This document shows, piece by piece, positions 1 to 12,941 of a stretch of 64,000 bases of DNA. The position numbers and the translations under genes are program-made. Location of the stretch: contig OZ024743.1 in NCBI GenBank assembly GCA_964016885.1, positions 334,118,001 through 334,182,000 of the forward strand, given 5' to 3'. Below the pieces are notes generated by a model. The model ran no database searches. It was not told the DNA's origin and worked only from the letters and a program-made list of their open reading frames with translations. The DNA is from Eledone cirrhosa. Its lineage: Eukaryota. The stretch's first letter is position 1. Every line of letters starts with the position of its first letter.

Positions 1-995
1 CCGGACCTCCAGATGGAGAAAATCTGGAACGAGGTGACGCGCAGGGTGGCCTCCCTCACCCAGAAATGGGCTGAGAGGAAGCTGTCCCTGAAAGGCCGGG
101 CGGAGGTGGCGAATGCGTACATCGCATCCGTCATCTGCTACCGCCTCACCGTCGTCCCTTGCTCCAGCCGAACTCTCACCAAAATGGAGCGCCTCCTCTT
201 CCGCTTTTTGTGGAAGGGAAGCGCTCCCATGGTCAGACGATCCATCTGCTGTCAACACCCATTGCGTGGAGGACTGGGCATGCCATGGCTGATGATGCGC
301 AAACATGGGCTGAGGCTGCGACATCTCTGGTGCTTCTTGATGGTGAACGGGTGTGGTCGCAGTTCGCCAGGCACGTTTTCCCACAGCTCGTCTCCTTGAC
401 GGAGCTGCAGTCCTGAAAAAGACCGAGGGATAGCGCTTGGAAACTGGAATGTCTCCAGGCGCTCATTGCCCTCTCTCAGCTGGGCACCAGTATCGGTGGA
501 ACATCCACCTCGGCGTTATATAGAGGACTAGTGGAGGGGAAGAGCGACGACATTCTCAGAGAGATCCTGGGCGGCGAAGAAGATCAGCTGTTTGCTCTCT
601 TCCGGAGAACTTTCAGCCCGGGGCCTATGGATAACTTCCAAAAATCCCTGGCCTGGCAGTGCTACCGAGGAGCGTTATCGGTTCGGGATAAGCTCTACAG
701 GCACGGAAGTGCCGTCAGCCGAGCCTGTTCGAGATGCGCGCAGAGCGACGAAACCGTTGTGCACGCACTCGTTCAGTGCCCGAGCATTGCTGAGTTGTGG
801 AACCATGTCGAACAGATGCTGTCGCGTGTAGGACTGATCCGGTTGTTGACTGAGTTCATTATGCAGATGGTCTCGCCGTCTTCCTTCGAGGAAGGGCAAT
901 TTTTCATTGTTTCAAATTTCATTTTTATTGTTTATATATATATATTTGTTTCTATGTCCTGTGGCCAATAAAGAAATCATTATTATTATTATTAT
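1..995 (+). mobile_element. L1/Tx1-clade LINE, 3' part of ORF2 (post-RT region plus zf-RVT), frameshifted and internally deleted, with (TTA)n tail
   Basis: ORFs 13-399 (W..RKLSLKGRA...FLWKG...GGLGMP) and 531-971 (CSRC...ETVVHALVQC CCHC motif). Ends in aataaagaaatc(att)n at ~967-995. Confidence 0.85.
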
Positions 996-1597
996 CACGA
1001 TGGATCCAGCTATCAGCTGAGTCCATCGTGAGGATTGCCCCGCCCCCTTCCTTTAGCCGGGAAGGGCAGGCAGTTTTTATCTGTCTGGTGGCCATGGCGA
1101 AAGAGATAGTATGGTGGACACGTTTGAAAGGGCTGAAGACGAGCACTTACCTCTTCGGTGATGCCCTGATTAACTTTTTCAAATTTCATTTGAAAAGGAA
1201 AACCAGGGTAGAGAGGGAAGTGCTCTCTTCCCAGCATTTTGTTGAAAGATGGGTGAGAGAAGCAAGTATGGCTCGAATGAATGGGCCTTCTCTGAGTATG
1301 TGTCTGTAAATTAAAGGTGGAAAACTGGGAGAGGGCACTTGCCCTGGTGGTCAGGGCCACTGTGGTCTTTTAATGGGCTTTCTCCACAAATGTCCTTCGG
1401 AAGTCTCCCCCCTATTGGGGAATTTTTCTTTGTTATTTTATTTCAACCTCCGTTTTTTTTACACGCAGAAATGCCCATTTGTACCGTCCTGTATTGTCCT
1501 GTACTGTCCTTAATGTCTACTTTATGTAAACCCTTGTGGTTAATAAAGAAAACATTATTATTATTATTATTATTATTATCATTATTATTATTATTAT
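996..1597 (+). mobile_element. Second, 5'-truncated L1/Tx1 copy inserted at the tail of the first
   Basis: ORF 1028-1309 is an ORF2 C-terminus (AKEIVWWTR...FVERW). 1001-1068 is a diverged repeat of 834-898. It ends with the same gtgg..aataaagaaa.c(att)n terminus. Confidence 0.75.
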
Positions 1598-4500
1598 TGT
1601 TCTTTGAGTCTCAGTCATTGATGTTAGTTAACTGGAAAGTTTGTTGAAATGAATATCAAGCCACTACCTGCAGCCTCAGATATTCAGGACGTATCGGAGG
1701 GTTCTTGCTGTTCCCAGCAAGCATGTCTTTTGAAGCGTTCCAAAAAGCGTGAAGGGGCCAATTTTCTTTAACCATCCCTGGAAACTTTTTGAGATAGTAC
1801 CTAGTGCGCCTATGACAATCGGGACCACTTTCACTTCATGGCAGTTCCAAATCCTTTTTACCTCCCACTTTAAGTCCTGGTATAGGTTAATTTTCTCCCT
1901 CTCCTTCTCTTGCACTCTCGTGTCGAATGGGCAGGCCACATCCACAATCAGGCACGATCCTTTTTCTTTGCCCAAAACCACCAGGTCAGGTCTATTGTGT
2001 TCCAGTTCTTGTCCGTCTGTTTCCTAAAATCCCACAGCACCTTCACCTGATCGTTTTCTATCACCGACTCTGGCTTATGCTCATACCACTTCTCAGAATG
2101 TGGTAAATTGTTTACTTTGCATAGGTGCCAGTGGATCACCCTGCCCATCACATCACGTCTCCAGCCCTTATAGTGAGTCTGGGATAGGTGTTTACACTCG
2201 GATACAATGTGAGCCACAGTCTCCTCTCTCTCTCCACAGATCCTGCACAGTGGGCTAGCCTCCTCCTTGTAAATATGGTGTTTCAACCACTTCGTTTTGA
2301 GGGCCTGCTCTTGCGCAGCCATTAGGATTCCTTCTGTAACCTTTTTAAGGTCTCCTCTTTTCAACCAGTTCCATGTCAGTGGATCTCTGAATTCAGTTTT
2401 CTCAAAGAAGGTACTATGAAGGGACTTTTCATGAAGGCTGCTCTTTCTCCTTGTTGTTATTTCCTCCTTGGACACCCCCTGGTCTATTGTCCTCTCCTTC
2501 AGTACAATACTGAGCATTGGTTCCTTACTATCAGTCGCGTATTTGTGTAGGTTGTTTTTCTCCATCTGAACACAGTCCTCTATGCTGATAAGACCTCGTC
2601 CACCTTCAGATCTCCTTAAGTAGAGTCTATCGACATCACTCCTCTTGTGGAACATGTTGTAGATAGTCAATAGCTTCCTAGTCTTCCTATCCATTTCATT
2701 TTGTTCAGCAACATTCCATCTCAGAATTCCCGCACTGTACCTAATAATAGACACAGCTCGGGAATTTACTGCACTTATGGCATTCCTACTGTTCAGATGT
2801 GACTTTAATACGCTCCTTACTCTCTGAATGTATTCAGATCTTATCAATTCCTTCATTTTTTTGTTCTTGATGTCATCAACCTCCAGAACACCCAAATACT
2901 TGTATCCTTGTTCAGTATCAATTTCCTTTATCATCTCACCTGTTGGTACCTAGATTCCGTTGCTTCTGCTCAATTTACCCCTCTTCATCACAAGGACTCC
3001 ACACTTACTAATACCAAATTGCATACATATATCATTGCTGAAAATACGGACAGTGTCAAAAAGCACATCCAACTCCTTCTCACTCTTCCCGAAGAGCATA
3101 AGATCGTCCATGAAGAGGAGGTGATTGATGGTAAGATCTCCCTTTCCCAACTTGTATCCTGCTCTCACTTTTCGCATTATAATGGTCAGGGGCATCAGGG
3201 CAAGGACAAACAACAGAGTGGACAGACTATCTCCCTGGAAGATACCTCTCTTGATCTTTACGTCTCCCAAGGATTCTCCAGCTGATGTTAACTCTGTTTT
3301 CCAGGACTTCATACTTTTGCCCAACAACTGTCTGATGTTATCGGCCACCTTGAAGATCTCTAGGCTTTTGGTGATCCAAGAATGAGGCACCATGTCAAAT
3401 GCCTTTTTTGTAGTCTATCCATCCCATGGCAAGACCAGTGTGTCTCCTCTTGCAATTCCTCATTACCATCTTATCAATAAGTAACTGGTCCTTTGTACCA
3501 CGGGACTTCTTTCGGCATCCTTTCTGTTCGTCCGGTAACAAGTTGTTTGTGTGGAGGTGATGGTAGATTTCCTCAGACATAATGCTTGTCAACAGTTTCC
3601 ACATTACGGACAGACATGTGATAGGTCTATAGTTGGTAACATCATTACCCTTGATTCGGTCTTTCATTACCAGAACTGTGGTACCTTTTGTCAACCACTC
3701 TGGTACCTCACCTGACATCAAGCAGTCATTGAACATGGTTGTCAGTTTCGGGTGGAGGGATGTTAAATTTTTAATCCAATACCCCTTAAGAGTTTCAACT
3801 GTGATACTCAAAGCAGTTTGTTGGTGTGCCTGTACATAATCTGCTTTTGTACTGTCTCAATCCACACTGCCTGGTCATTATGTTTAACATCCTGCTCCCA
3901 TATTCCTCTCCAGAATGTCATAGTTTGTTCCGCCTCAGGGATCAAGTCGTTGCCTCTTTCTTTCCCTTCAAGTTGTCCAAACAGCATCTTCTGGTTGTTG
4001 TCAAACATGCGGTTCTGTCTATACTGACTGACACTGCCCTCGTATCGCCTAATGTTTGCACTCTTTTCTACAATGCGTTGCTTCAGTTCCTCTATGATAA
4101 TATTTAGCTTTTTCCTCCTAGTTTTGTACTTTATTTCCAGTCTATTTTTAGTGCCTATATTTTTTAGTGTCCCATTCAGTAGGGACTCAAACTTTCCAAT
4201 GTCATTTCTCATTTCCCTGATTTGACCATTCAGTCGTTTCTTCCACCAAGGTTTTGATCTTTCTTGTTTGTTGTTTCCTCTCGCTTTTATGCCAAGTAAT
4301 TTCCTCACCGCATTTGCTGTTGCTTTGAGGATATTGTTGCACTGGTGAAGGCTCCTCCATGGGATGACTTTGTTTACCTTAGCTGTTGTTTCTTTTAACT
4401 TTTTCCTGTCTACAAATCTTAGGTTCATAGGTTTCCCACTATCATTGTTCAATTCATCTACCACTAACTTTAGGATATCAACCAAATCTTGTCCTAACCC

Positions 4501-5540
4501 GTCAGCATTCATCTCCTCAATGGCCGTATCTTTATTCCAGGTATTATTTATTTCAGCATTCAGATCATTGTCTGCTTCGGATGGTTCCTCCGTTCTCTCA
4601 ACCTCTTCCCCTTCACCTCCCACTGGCTCGTTTGCCTGGCATACTCCACTCTCCATTTCCAACATAATCTCTCTGCGCAGTTCCCCCAGTTCCAGCTCGC
4701 TTATCCACCCATTAGTTCTTATTACCCGAGCCTGCCCGGCCAATTTTTGTTCATCTAATTTAAATAGACCAATCTCGTTCCAGATGTTATGCATCCGTTT
4801 CCTATAGCCTTTCTCCTTGGAGTTACTCTTCAGGTAACATTGCATAACAGTTCTATTCAATTCTTTCGTCCAGTTGGTTCTGGTGCCTTTCCTTCTTCTT
4901 CTTCTTCCTCCGACACCAGCAGTATTTGGTTGACAGCCAGGTCCCTGCTGCTGCGCCAGGGAGCACCTGCATGACAGGTCCCTGCACCTGCGCCAGGGAG
5001 CACCTGCTGGGTGAGAGTCTGTCACATGACATTCCAGTCTCCACTTCACCGTTATTCGAACTGTTTAGGTTCGACATTTAAACACTCTTATTGAGGATTG
5101 GTGAATGTATGGTTACATAACCACCGGTGATTTCATCACCCCCGATGATTTTAGTGTGGCACTATCACGCTGTAGACGAACATAAATAAACAAACAAACA
5201 AATAGGTAAAAAAAAAACAAAAAAGAATAAGCATAAGTTTCATTGTAATGTAATGTTTGAATGTCTGACTTAGTTTTTTTTTTTCCTTCTCTGTCTGTCT
5301 CTTTGTTTTTCTTTTCTTTTTTCTTTTCTTTACGTTTTTCGTTGTTGCTGTGCTGTTTTGATTTTGATTTTGTGTTTTTTGATTTTTTGACCGGATCGTC
5401 AAATCACTCTATTTATATCTTTTGATGCCTTCATCTTTTAGTGGGGACACTACGATGCCTGTCTTAGCAGGAGGTAGTGGGAGAGAATAGCGGCGGTAGC
5501 GATAATGAGGCAGTGGTGGTGGTGATGTGATCGTAGTACT
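1598..5540 (-). mobile_element. Near full-length R4/Dong-clade non-LTR retrotransposon (RT plus restriction-like endonuclease), frameshifted, 3' end in (TAA)n
   Basis: Consecutive minus ORFs 5049-3808, 3811-3395 (NYRPITCL, EQKGC, WIDYKK), 3393-2950 (GIFQGDSLS, LLFMDDL), 2934-1948 (CRICGEREETVAHIVSEC) and 1981-1676 (IVDVACP..EK...Y..L RLE motif). R4/Dong elements are known to target TAA repeats. The 5' boundary is uncertain. Confidence 0.92.
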
Positions 5541-5907
5541 GTAGTGATGATGGTGTTGAAGTTGAAGTAGAAATAGAAGTTGAGGTAACTTGACTAGAGT
5601 TTTTGGCGTGGTAGTGGTGATGGTGGCGGTGGTGGTGTTGGTGGTGAAATTATTTGCCTGTCTGTCCACTTAGCCATTTTGCCATTTTTCTCTTTTTCGA
5701 CTATAACATTTCTGATCCCAAATTAAATATTAAATATTGGGGCCCTATGCCGTAATGTGATGCGTTAATGCTTGCTGAGCGTTAAAACTGTAATCTTATA
5801 CTTCATTTGTAATAAGAATTATTCTATCACAATTATTTTAAATAAGTAAAAATCAAAAACTTACGGGAGCGATTCCATAACGATATATCCACCATGTGCG
5901 TTATTAT

Positions 5908-6048
5908 CACCAGTATCGGTGGAACATCCACCTCGGCATTCTATAGAGGACTAGTGGAGGAGAAGAGCGACGACATTCTCGGAGAGATCCTGGGCGTCGA
6001 AGAAGATCAGCTGTTTGCCCTCTTCCGGAGAAGTTTCAGCCCGGGGCC

Positions 6049-6050
<2 letters not shown>
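5908..6050 (+). mobile_element. Isolated ~143 bp internal L1/Tx1 fragment
   Basis: Close copy of 486-628, flanked by ttattat and (AAT)n. Confidence 0.85.
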
Positions 6051-6095
<45 letters not shown>

Positions 6096-6170
6096 TCACT
6101 GGTTGTGACTTGGTGATAACTCGTATGAACATAAAGCAAGATAAATGCAACTGTAATAATAATAATAATA

Positions 6171-6582
6171 ATGGTGGTTGTAGACAAAGAAAAAAGATTG
6201 TGCCTGATTGTGGATGTGGCCTGCCCTTTCGACACGAGAGTGCAAGAGAAGGAGAGGGAGAAAATTAACCGATACCAGGACTTAAAGTGGGAGGTAAAAA
6301 GGATTTGGAACTGCCATGAAGTCAAAGTGATCCCGATTGTCATAGGCGCACTAGGGACTATCTCCAAAAGTTTCCAGGGATGGTTAAAGAAAATCGGCCC
6401 CTTCACGCTTTTTGGAACGCTTCAAAAGGCATGCTTGCTGGGAACAGCAAGAACCCTCCGATACGTCCTGAATATCTGAGGCTGCAGGTAGTGGCTTGAT
6501 ATTCATTCCAACAAACTTTCCAGTTAACTAACATCAATGACTGAGACTCAAGGAGTAATAACAATAATAATAATAATAATAA
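6171..6582 (+). mobile_element. 5'-truncated Dong copy (RLE C-terminus, 3' UTR, (TAA)n tail)
   Basis: ORF 6171-6479 is nearly identical to 1676-1981, with (AAT)n on both sides. Confidence 0.92.
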
Positions 6583-6737
6583 TTATTATGGTTTTTTTCT
6601 CGTGCAATAGCCATACTCGATAACGAGGGGGCAGCCATCATGTATGTATGTATGTATGTATGTATGTATGTATGTATGTATGTATGTATGTATGTATGTA
6701 TGTATGTATGTTTGTTTGTATGTATGTATGTATGTAT

Positions 6738-7095
6738 GTGAGACTTGTAATAGGGTTTGTCTGAGCATGGCAGGTCTAAAGAATCACCTGAGAGTGCACA
6801 AGAACAGGGTAGCAGGCACCTGTGGAGCTATAAGTGTTCATCAGACGACGACATGTGATGGTTGTGGAAGGGTATGCAGGTCGTGTAGTGATCTCACACG
6901 ACACCTTGGGTCACATGGTACCATGGGCCCAGCACAAGGTGTCAATAATTGTCACAGGTGTAGTGTTTGTACCAGAGTTTTCAAGTCGCTGGCTGGACTA
7001 AAAAGTCACACTTGTTCAGCGCAACGGTAGGGGTTCTCCTACATGGATATAAAGTAGTGGCCGTACTCGAAAACAAGTTGGCAGCCAGCATGTAT
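6738..7095 (+). mobile_element. RTE-clade LINE 3' end with C2H2-like fingers and (TATG)n tail
   Basis: CETCNRVC..GLKNHLRVH, CDGCGRVC..LTRHLGSH and CSVCTRVF..GLKSH. The terminus gtactcgaaaac.agttggcagcca-(tatg)n recurs at 40350, 51195 and 51781. Confidence 0.7.
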
Positions 7096-7434
7096 GTATG
7101 CATGTACTTACGTATGTATGTATGCATGTATGTACGCATGTATGTATGTATGTATGTACGCATGTATTTATGTATGTACGTATGTATGTACGTACGTATG
7201 TATGTATGCATGTATATATGTATGTATGTATATATGTACGTATGTATGTGTATATGTACGTATTACGTACGTATGTATGTATGTATGTATGTATGTATGT
7301 ATGTATGTATGTATGTATGTATGTATGTACGTACGTACGTAGTAAGTATGTATGTACGCACGTACATACGTACCTACGTATGTATGTATATATGTACGTT
7401 CGTATGTAAGTATGCATGTATATATCTATAGTCC

Positions 7435-7745
7435 TGTAACTCCTGATACAGTCGTAGGGGCATCGTATTGACATACGGCGTTTCTTGGAAATTTTAAGCC
7501 TGACGGAGCCCATCCCTCTCCAGGTCTGAGAACAGCAGTTATCTTCCAGAGAAAAATAGAAAGTGAGAGAGGAAACGAGAAAGAGATGTAGAGGAAGGAC
7601 TGATCCCTGTACTAGACTGGTACGTTTTATCGACCTCGAAGGGATGAAAGGCAAAGTTAACCTCAGCGGGATTTGAACTCAGAAAGTAAAGGGTCACAAC
7701 TAGATGCCCCAAACAACTTAATCTAACGCACTAATGATTCTAGCT
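7435..7745 (-). mobile_element. tRNA-derived SINE with extended tail; second copy at 31785-32090
   Basis: B box gagttcaaatccc and central tttgcctttcatcc..gggtcgataaa on the minus strand. The tail is shared with 31785-31935. Confidence 0.65.
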
Positions 7746-8274
7746 ACTAATTAAACTGCTAATATGAAAACAGAGTTGTTTGCATTCTAGAAAGATTAAC
7801 TGGAGAAGTCGTAGATATTACGATGAGAAAAATACAGCTGTGAAATACAAGTTAAGAAAACGTGATTTGTAAAGAAAAGAGGCTTCCTCTTGTCCGAGAG
7901 ATTCTGCAACTACAAAGCAGACGATTAATTCCGTGATCAGACAGACAATATATAACCTTCGAAACATGAATTGAAGTATCAGTCTGGATATATTGCAGAT
8001 ACTAGCTCTTTCCAATATAGTCACACACACACACTTACACACGTACACACATACACACGGTGGTGGTGATGGTGTTGATGGTGGTGGTACTGGTACTGGT
8101 GGTGGTGGTGGTAGGGATAGTGTCGAGAGTGGTGGTGGCGGTGGTGTTGATGAGGATGATGGTGGTGGTGTTGATGATGATGGTGGTGATGTCGACATAA
8201 GCTAATATTGGTTTAACAGTCAAATTCAGTGCCAGAGCTAACCCCGCCACCGCCTATTTTGCTCCAATCCCCCC

Positions 8275-8710
8275 CCACACTTACACACACTTACACACAC
8301 ACATACACCATACACAAATGCATACACACACACACATATATACACACTCACACCCCCACAAACACACACACATATATGCACACACACACATTCACAAACA
8401 TAAACACACACGCACACGAACACACAAATACACTCACCACACATACACAAACACATGCACACACACACACACACACACATATATACACACTCACCCCCCC
8501 ACAAACACACACACATATATGCACACACACACATTCACAAACATAAACACACACGCACACGCACACACAAATACACTCACCACACATACACAAACACATG
8601 CACATACACACACACACGCATGCACATGCACACAAACATATATACACACACGCTCACACATACACACATACACACGCATATACAGTGATATACACACACA
8701 ATTACACATT
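8275..8710. repeat. Compound (CA)-rich microsatellite with an internal ~140 bp higher-order duplication
   Basis: The unit cacactcac.cccc..acaaacacacacacatatatgcac...cattcacaaacataaac occurs at ~8343 and ~8486. Confidence 0.8.
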
Positions 8711-8750
8711 ATTTATTAAATGTATACCGTTTCATTAATACCTATAATAA

Positions 8751-9265
8751 TCTATATATATAAAACTGTGGTTGTCTGTCTGTCTATCGATTTTTGGCAC
8801 ACATCTCCTCTTAGAATCTCTCACGGAATTGCACCGAAATTGCTATACTTGTACATTGAGCCCTAGCGAAGACATCGGAAAAAAAAATTTCAAATTGACC
8901 CACCCTATCTGACGAAATCGAATATAATGTATCGATTTTTGAGCGTAAGTGATCAGTTATTTCCCTTTGTTCTGTTTACATTGAGCGTCTTACGTAAAAA
9001 ATTACGCTGGCTTTCTCAGCGTTTAAAATGACATTAACACAATACACGAACAGTTAGTTGTCGAGCCAGCAAAATATTGACCTGCAAAATTCATCAGTTC
9101 GAACACTAAGCTTCCGTTTTGCTGGTTGAGGGAATATTAATCAAAAACACCACATGCAAGTCTGCACAGTAGACACTACAGTTTTTAAGCCAAGAAAGAA
9201 ACTTAACATTGTAACTTTAACACAGCTACTGAGCGACCCCGAGCAACGCCGGGCTTTACTGCTAG
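8751..9265 (+). mobile_element. Non-autonomous Helitron
   Basis: A|TC 5' end, subterminal GC hairpin cccgagcaacgccggg, 3' CTAG|T, no TSD. Confidence 0.75.
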
Positions 9266-10136
9266 TATCTCTATATAGTTGTACAAATATCTAGTGTAAT
9301 AACATACTCGTAGTTACATTTATAAAATATTTTAGATACTCAAATGACTCTATATTGTTATAAGTGTTTGATATTCCCTGGAAGTTCGAATTTATATAAT
9401 GATTTTTACTTAATATAATATAATTTAATTTTACTTATTTTATTTTAATTAAATTTAGATTACCTTCGGCTTTTACAAATACTTAGCTCCTCTTTCTAGC
9501 ACATTCGCTAACATACTTTAGATGTATCTTTTGTCTACTATATTAAAACCCTATTACATTTATAATATATTTTTAATATTGGGCATATTTAAGTTTCGCA
9601 AACAATTCATTATCTTTTATTTATATATTTACTTTGTATCTAGCCCCTATCATTAGGACTCATGTGGTTTTGACTTATAAGTGTATAGTGTATATCAACT
9701 AAATGAAAATAATTGATATAAAACATTAATGTTTTTTAACAATATTTTTTAACTATATATATATTTTGTGAACAATATTTTCCGTAACTTATTTACTATA
9801 TTATATTATTGTTTTATATTATATATATTTGAATGGTTTCACCTCAATTATAAACAAATAATAAACTATAATCCTTGTATATTTTTTTATCAACACATAT
9901 ATAATTACAAATTCAGACTCTTTAAGTTTAGTTATAAGGCCGGTTGATCCTTTAGGCAATCAAACTATTTAACAATAAATTCTTTAATAATTATAACTAG
10001 AATTATTTTATGAATTGTATTATATAAACTGTTGTCAATATTATAAATAATTTTGGTACAGATTACCTTCGTAAAGATATAAAAGCATTATATATATATT
10101 TTCTTTCTCATGTTTCACATGGGTGATATCCTCGAT

Positions 10137-10797
10137 GTTAGTTCTGCAGAGTCTGCACTTGTTATCTTGGTGTTTTGCCTGCATCCCTATCTCTTTTGTG
10201 AATCAGGTATTTCGTGTTAATCTTCTGTTGCTGGATTGCAAAAGCGTATCCTTCAAAGTGGGAGCCAATATAGCGGTTGTTGGTCCAAGATAGACTACTT
10301 GCCTTATCTATATTACTCTCACTCTGGAGCTTCCTGGCAACACATCCATGCATGATTTTTTGCTGATAAGCATGCAGTTTTTCATCCATGGATTCACTGC
10401 GATACTGCTGAGCAACATCCCTGGGTGTGAGCTTTTGATTATCACACAGGGAATATCTCTCGAAGAGTTCCTTCCCAACTCTCATGATCTTATCTGTTTC
10501 ATGCAGATAGACTTGCTCGACAAACGGTCTCCTACTCTTCGAGGTTCGTAGATGCTCTCGGAGAGATATGATGCGACATTCAAATGTTGTCTGGACTAAT
10601 GTTAGGCCTCTGCCTCCCTGCTTACGTTTAAAGTAAAGGCGGTCTATGTCACTGTTGATGTGGAAGTTTCCGGTGTTGTTCAGTATTTTTCGAGTTCCAA
10701 CATCAACTGCTCGGATTTCGTCTATCGTCCAATTGAGTATTCCAAACGTTGGTGTTAGGACAGGCACAGCAAACACATTGTGAGCCACTGTTTTGTT
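10137..10797 (-). mobile_element. Internal fragment of a third RLE (R4/Dong-like) LINE family
   Basis: ORF 10162-10788 (SDIDRLYFKRKQGGRGL, FEGYAFAIQQQ..TKY, followed by CRLC) is homologous to the thumb region of ORF 1948-2934. Confidence 0.8.
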
Positions 10798-10827
10798 TTG
10801 TATGTATGTTTGTATGTATGTATGTAT

Positions 10828-11385
10828 GTCGGGTCACTCTTGAGTGCTACTGGTAACATGTAACCCAGTACAACATGTCGCATGGTCGGGTCGTCGGCGA
10901 CTAAACCGGCAACCCCACCATGTTTACTTGGTGAAGAGGGTGATTTTGGACACCGTGCAGGACAAAAAACAAAACCTGAAAAGGGTGGAAGAACTCATAA
11001 GAGTCAACGGCCATCCAAAAGTGTGTAAATATGTATATACACATGTACATATGTATGTATATGTATATGTGTATATACATGGACGCCGCATGTGTATGTA
11101 TATGCGCGGGGACATAGAAATAGTCGAGCTGCACACCCGATCGCGCGGTTAAACCACTGGGAGTGAAGGACCCCTAGCCTTTGTCAGGGCATTCTTCTAG
11201 GAGAAGGCAACTCAGGAAACTGGGGTAACTCCGTTATAAAACCTGTGACTCAGTAGTTACCGATGATGTTGATATTTTCTTCTTTTCGGGTTATAGGTAC
11301 TGTCGCTCAGAGAGTGGGATTGGCTCAGTGCACAGTCTTTCCTCACTTTAAAAAATATCTTCACGCACAGGCATTGCACGATAGA
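10828..11385 (+). mobile_element. RTE-related 5' region or non-autonomous element in (TATG)n
   Basis: Similar to 50848-51170 and 39939-40165 (ggcaaccccacc..cttggtga.gagggtga, aagagtcaa.ggccatcc, gagagtggga.tggct). Confidence 0.6.
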
Positions 11386-11484
11386 ATTATTTAATAATTA
11401 TTAATAATGTATATATCGTACAATGGCCATACTCGAGAGGGCAGCCATCATTCATGTATGTATGTACTACATATCTATCTGACA

Positions 11485-11587
<103 letters not shown>

Positions 11588-11708
11588 ATATATATATATA
11601 TATATGTATATATATAACGAAGGAAATGTCGCAAGGATCCAGGTGGACCATAACGCACCAAAGTACTCAATACTTAGGGTAGTAGAGTGGCTAATAGGAA
11701 CGAGTAAG

Positions 11709-11802
11709 ACCCCGACCGCTGAGCTCAAGCCGTTTCGACGGCTAATTCTGGACTAAATGAAAATTTATCCTGGTATTTGAATAGCCGAGCTTCTCAAGGG
11801 GT
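11709..11802 (-). ncRNA. Type I hammerhead ribozyme, family A (U3-A8 core, long stem II); copies at 15293-15385 (-) and 16649-16744 (+)
   Basis: Sense consensus: ACCCC-UUGAGAA-G..CGGCUA[~37 nt]UAGCCG.C-GAAA-CGGCU ugagcuc AGCCG-UC-GGGGU. Stem III is perfect in the 16.7 kb and 52.8 kb copies. Confidence 0.75.
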
Positions 11803-12941
11803 AATTCCATATATGGTCAAAGTGTTTGTCACAGGGATTGGTCAAAGTTAGTAGTTGAGACATAATCATTTTATGATGGCAAATTAGTGGGGGGAAGGGG
11901 TAGCTAAACCTACCAGTAGGAGAAAGAGGGAGAGGGGGTGGAGTAGACCCATTCATGCGTTGGTAGTGCCGGCTACAGCTGGGCGTGAGTTCAGAGAAGA
12001 TACTAGGGAGGGGGAGGGGGAGGATGTCGAAACGGTAGGTAGAACAATGAAGGGTCAAAATATAAAGAAAATACTGAGTGTTAAAAAGCGAATAAATGTA
12101 AAAAAAAAAAATAGTGACTACGGCCTAAGTCTATCGCTATTGCTAGGCTAAATAAGTAAATAAATAAATAAATAAATAAATAAGTAAATAAATAAATAAA
12201 TAAATAAATAAATATAAACTAGGTGGGACGGAATAAAAAAGAGACCCTTTTAAGAGGTATAAGTACGTATATCATACGGTAACGCGTCAACAAAGGAGGG
12301 GCCAAAATACTAAAGAAACTACCACGAAATAATTAATAAAAGTTTCTACCCCATGCACAAGGCCAGCAACCACCCAGTGCAAAAAAGTAAACTAGTACGA
12401 AAAAATAATTCAGAGTCCCAAAAAAGAATACTAATACTAACTCTAAGGGTACCACCACGATACAAAAGTTCTTATACAAGCTACATGAAAGTTCGTACGA
12501 AGTAAAAGTAAAATACGGAAAATTAATTCAGAATCCCCCCCCCACCCCGCCAAAAAAATGAATTAATACTGATAAACGAAAAATTAAAGCAAAGATGCCA
12601 CTGAGAAATATAGAAGGCACGGAAAAAATGCAGCGGTCGGATAAGGGGGGCAAGTATCCGGGATCTAACACATCTGCTATAAAAAGCAGAGTCGGCCAAA
12701 TCTATCATAGAATAGGGGAAGGGGGTGGGGGTACTGAGGCTACAAAGGACCGAGGAGCTGCCTCGGGTGGGCGAGAAAAAGACGACGACAAAGGAAAAGA
12801 ACTGGGGTGGAAGGTCTAGGGAGGGATGGGGGGAAGAAGGAAATATAGAGGAAGCGATAAAAAAATATAAAAAAATATAAAAGATCTTACGTCTCCCTTA
12901 GCAAGCAGGGGTTACCAGATACAAAATCGGCAAGTGGGGTG

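Noticed and set aside
6738-7030. Host C2H2 zinc-finger gene
   Set aside because: It lacks TGEKP linkers, runs into a repeated retroelement 3' end, and is bounded by (TATG)n.
10828-10950. HDV-like ribozyme at the RTE 5' end
   Set aside because: Expected from the family, but I could not build the nested double pseudoknot by eye.
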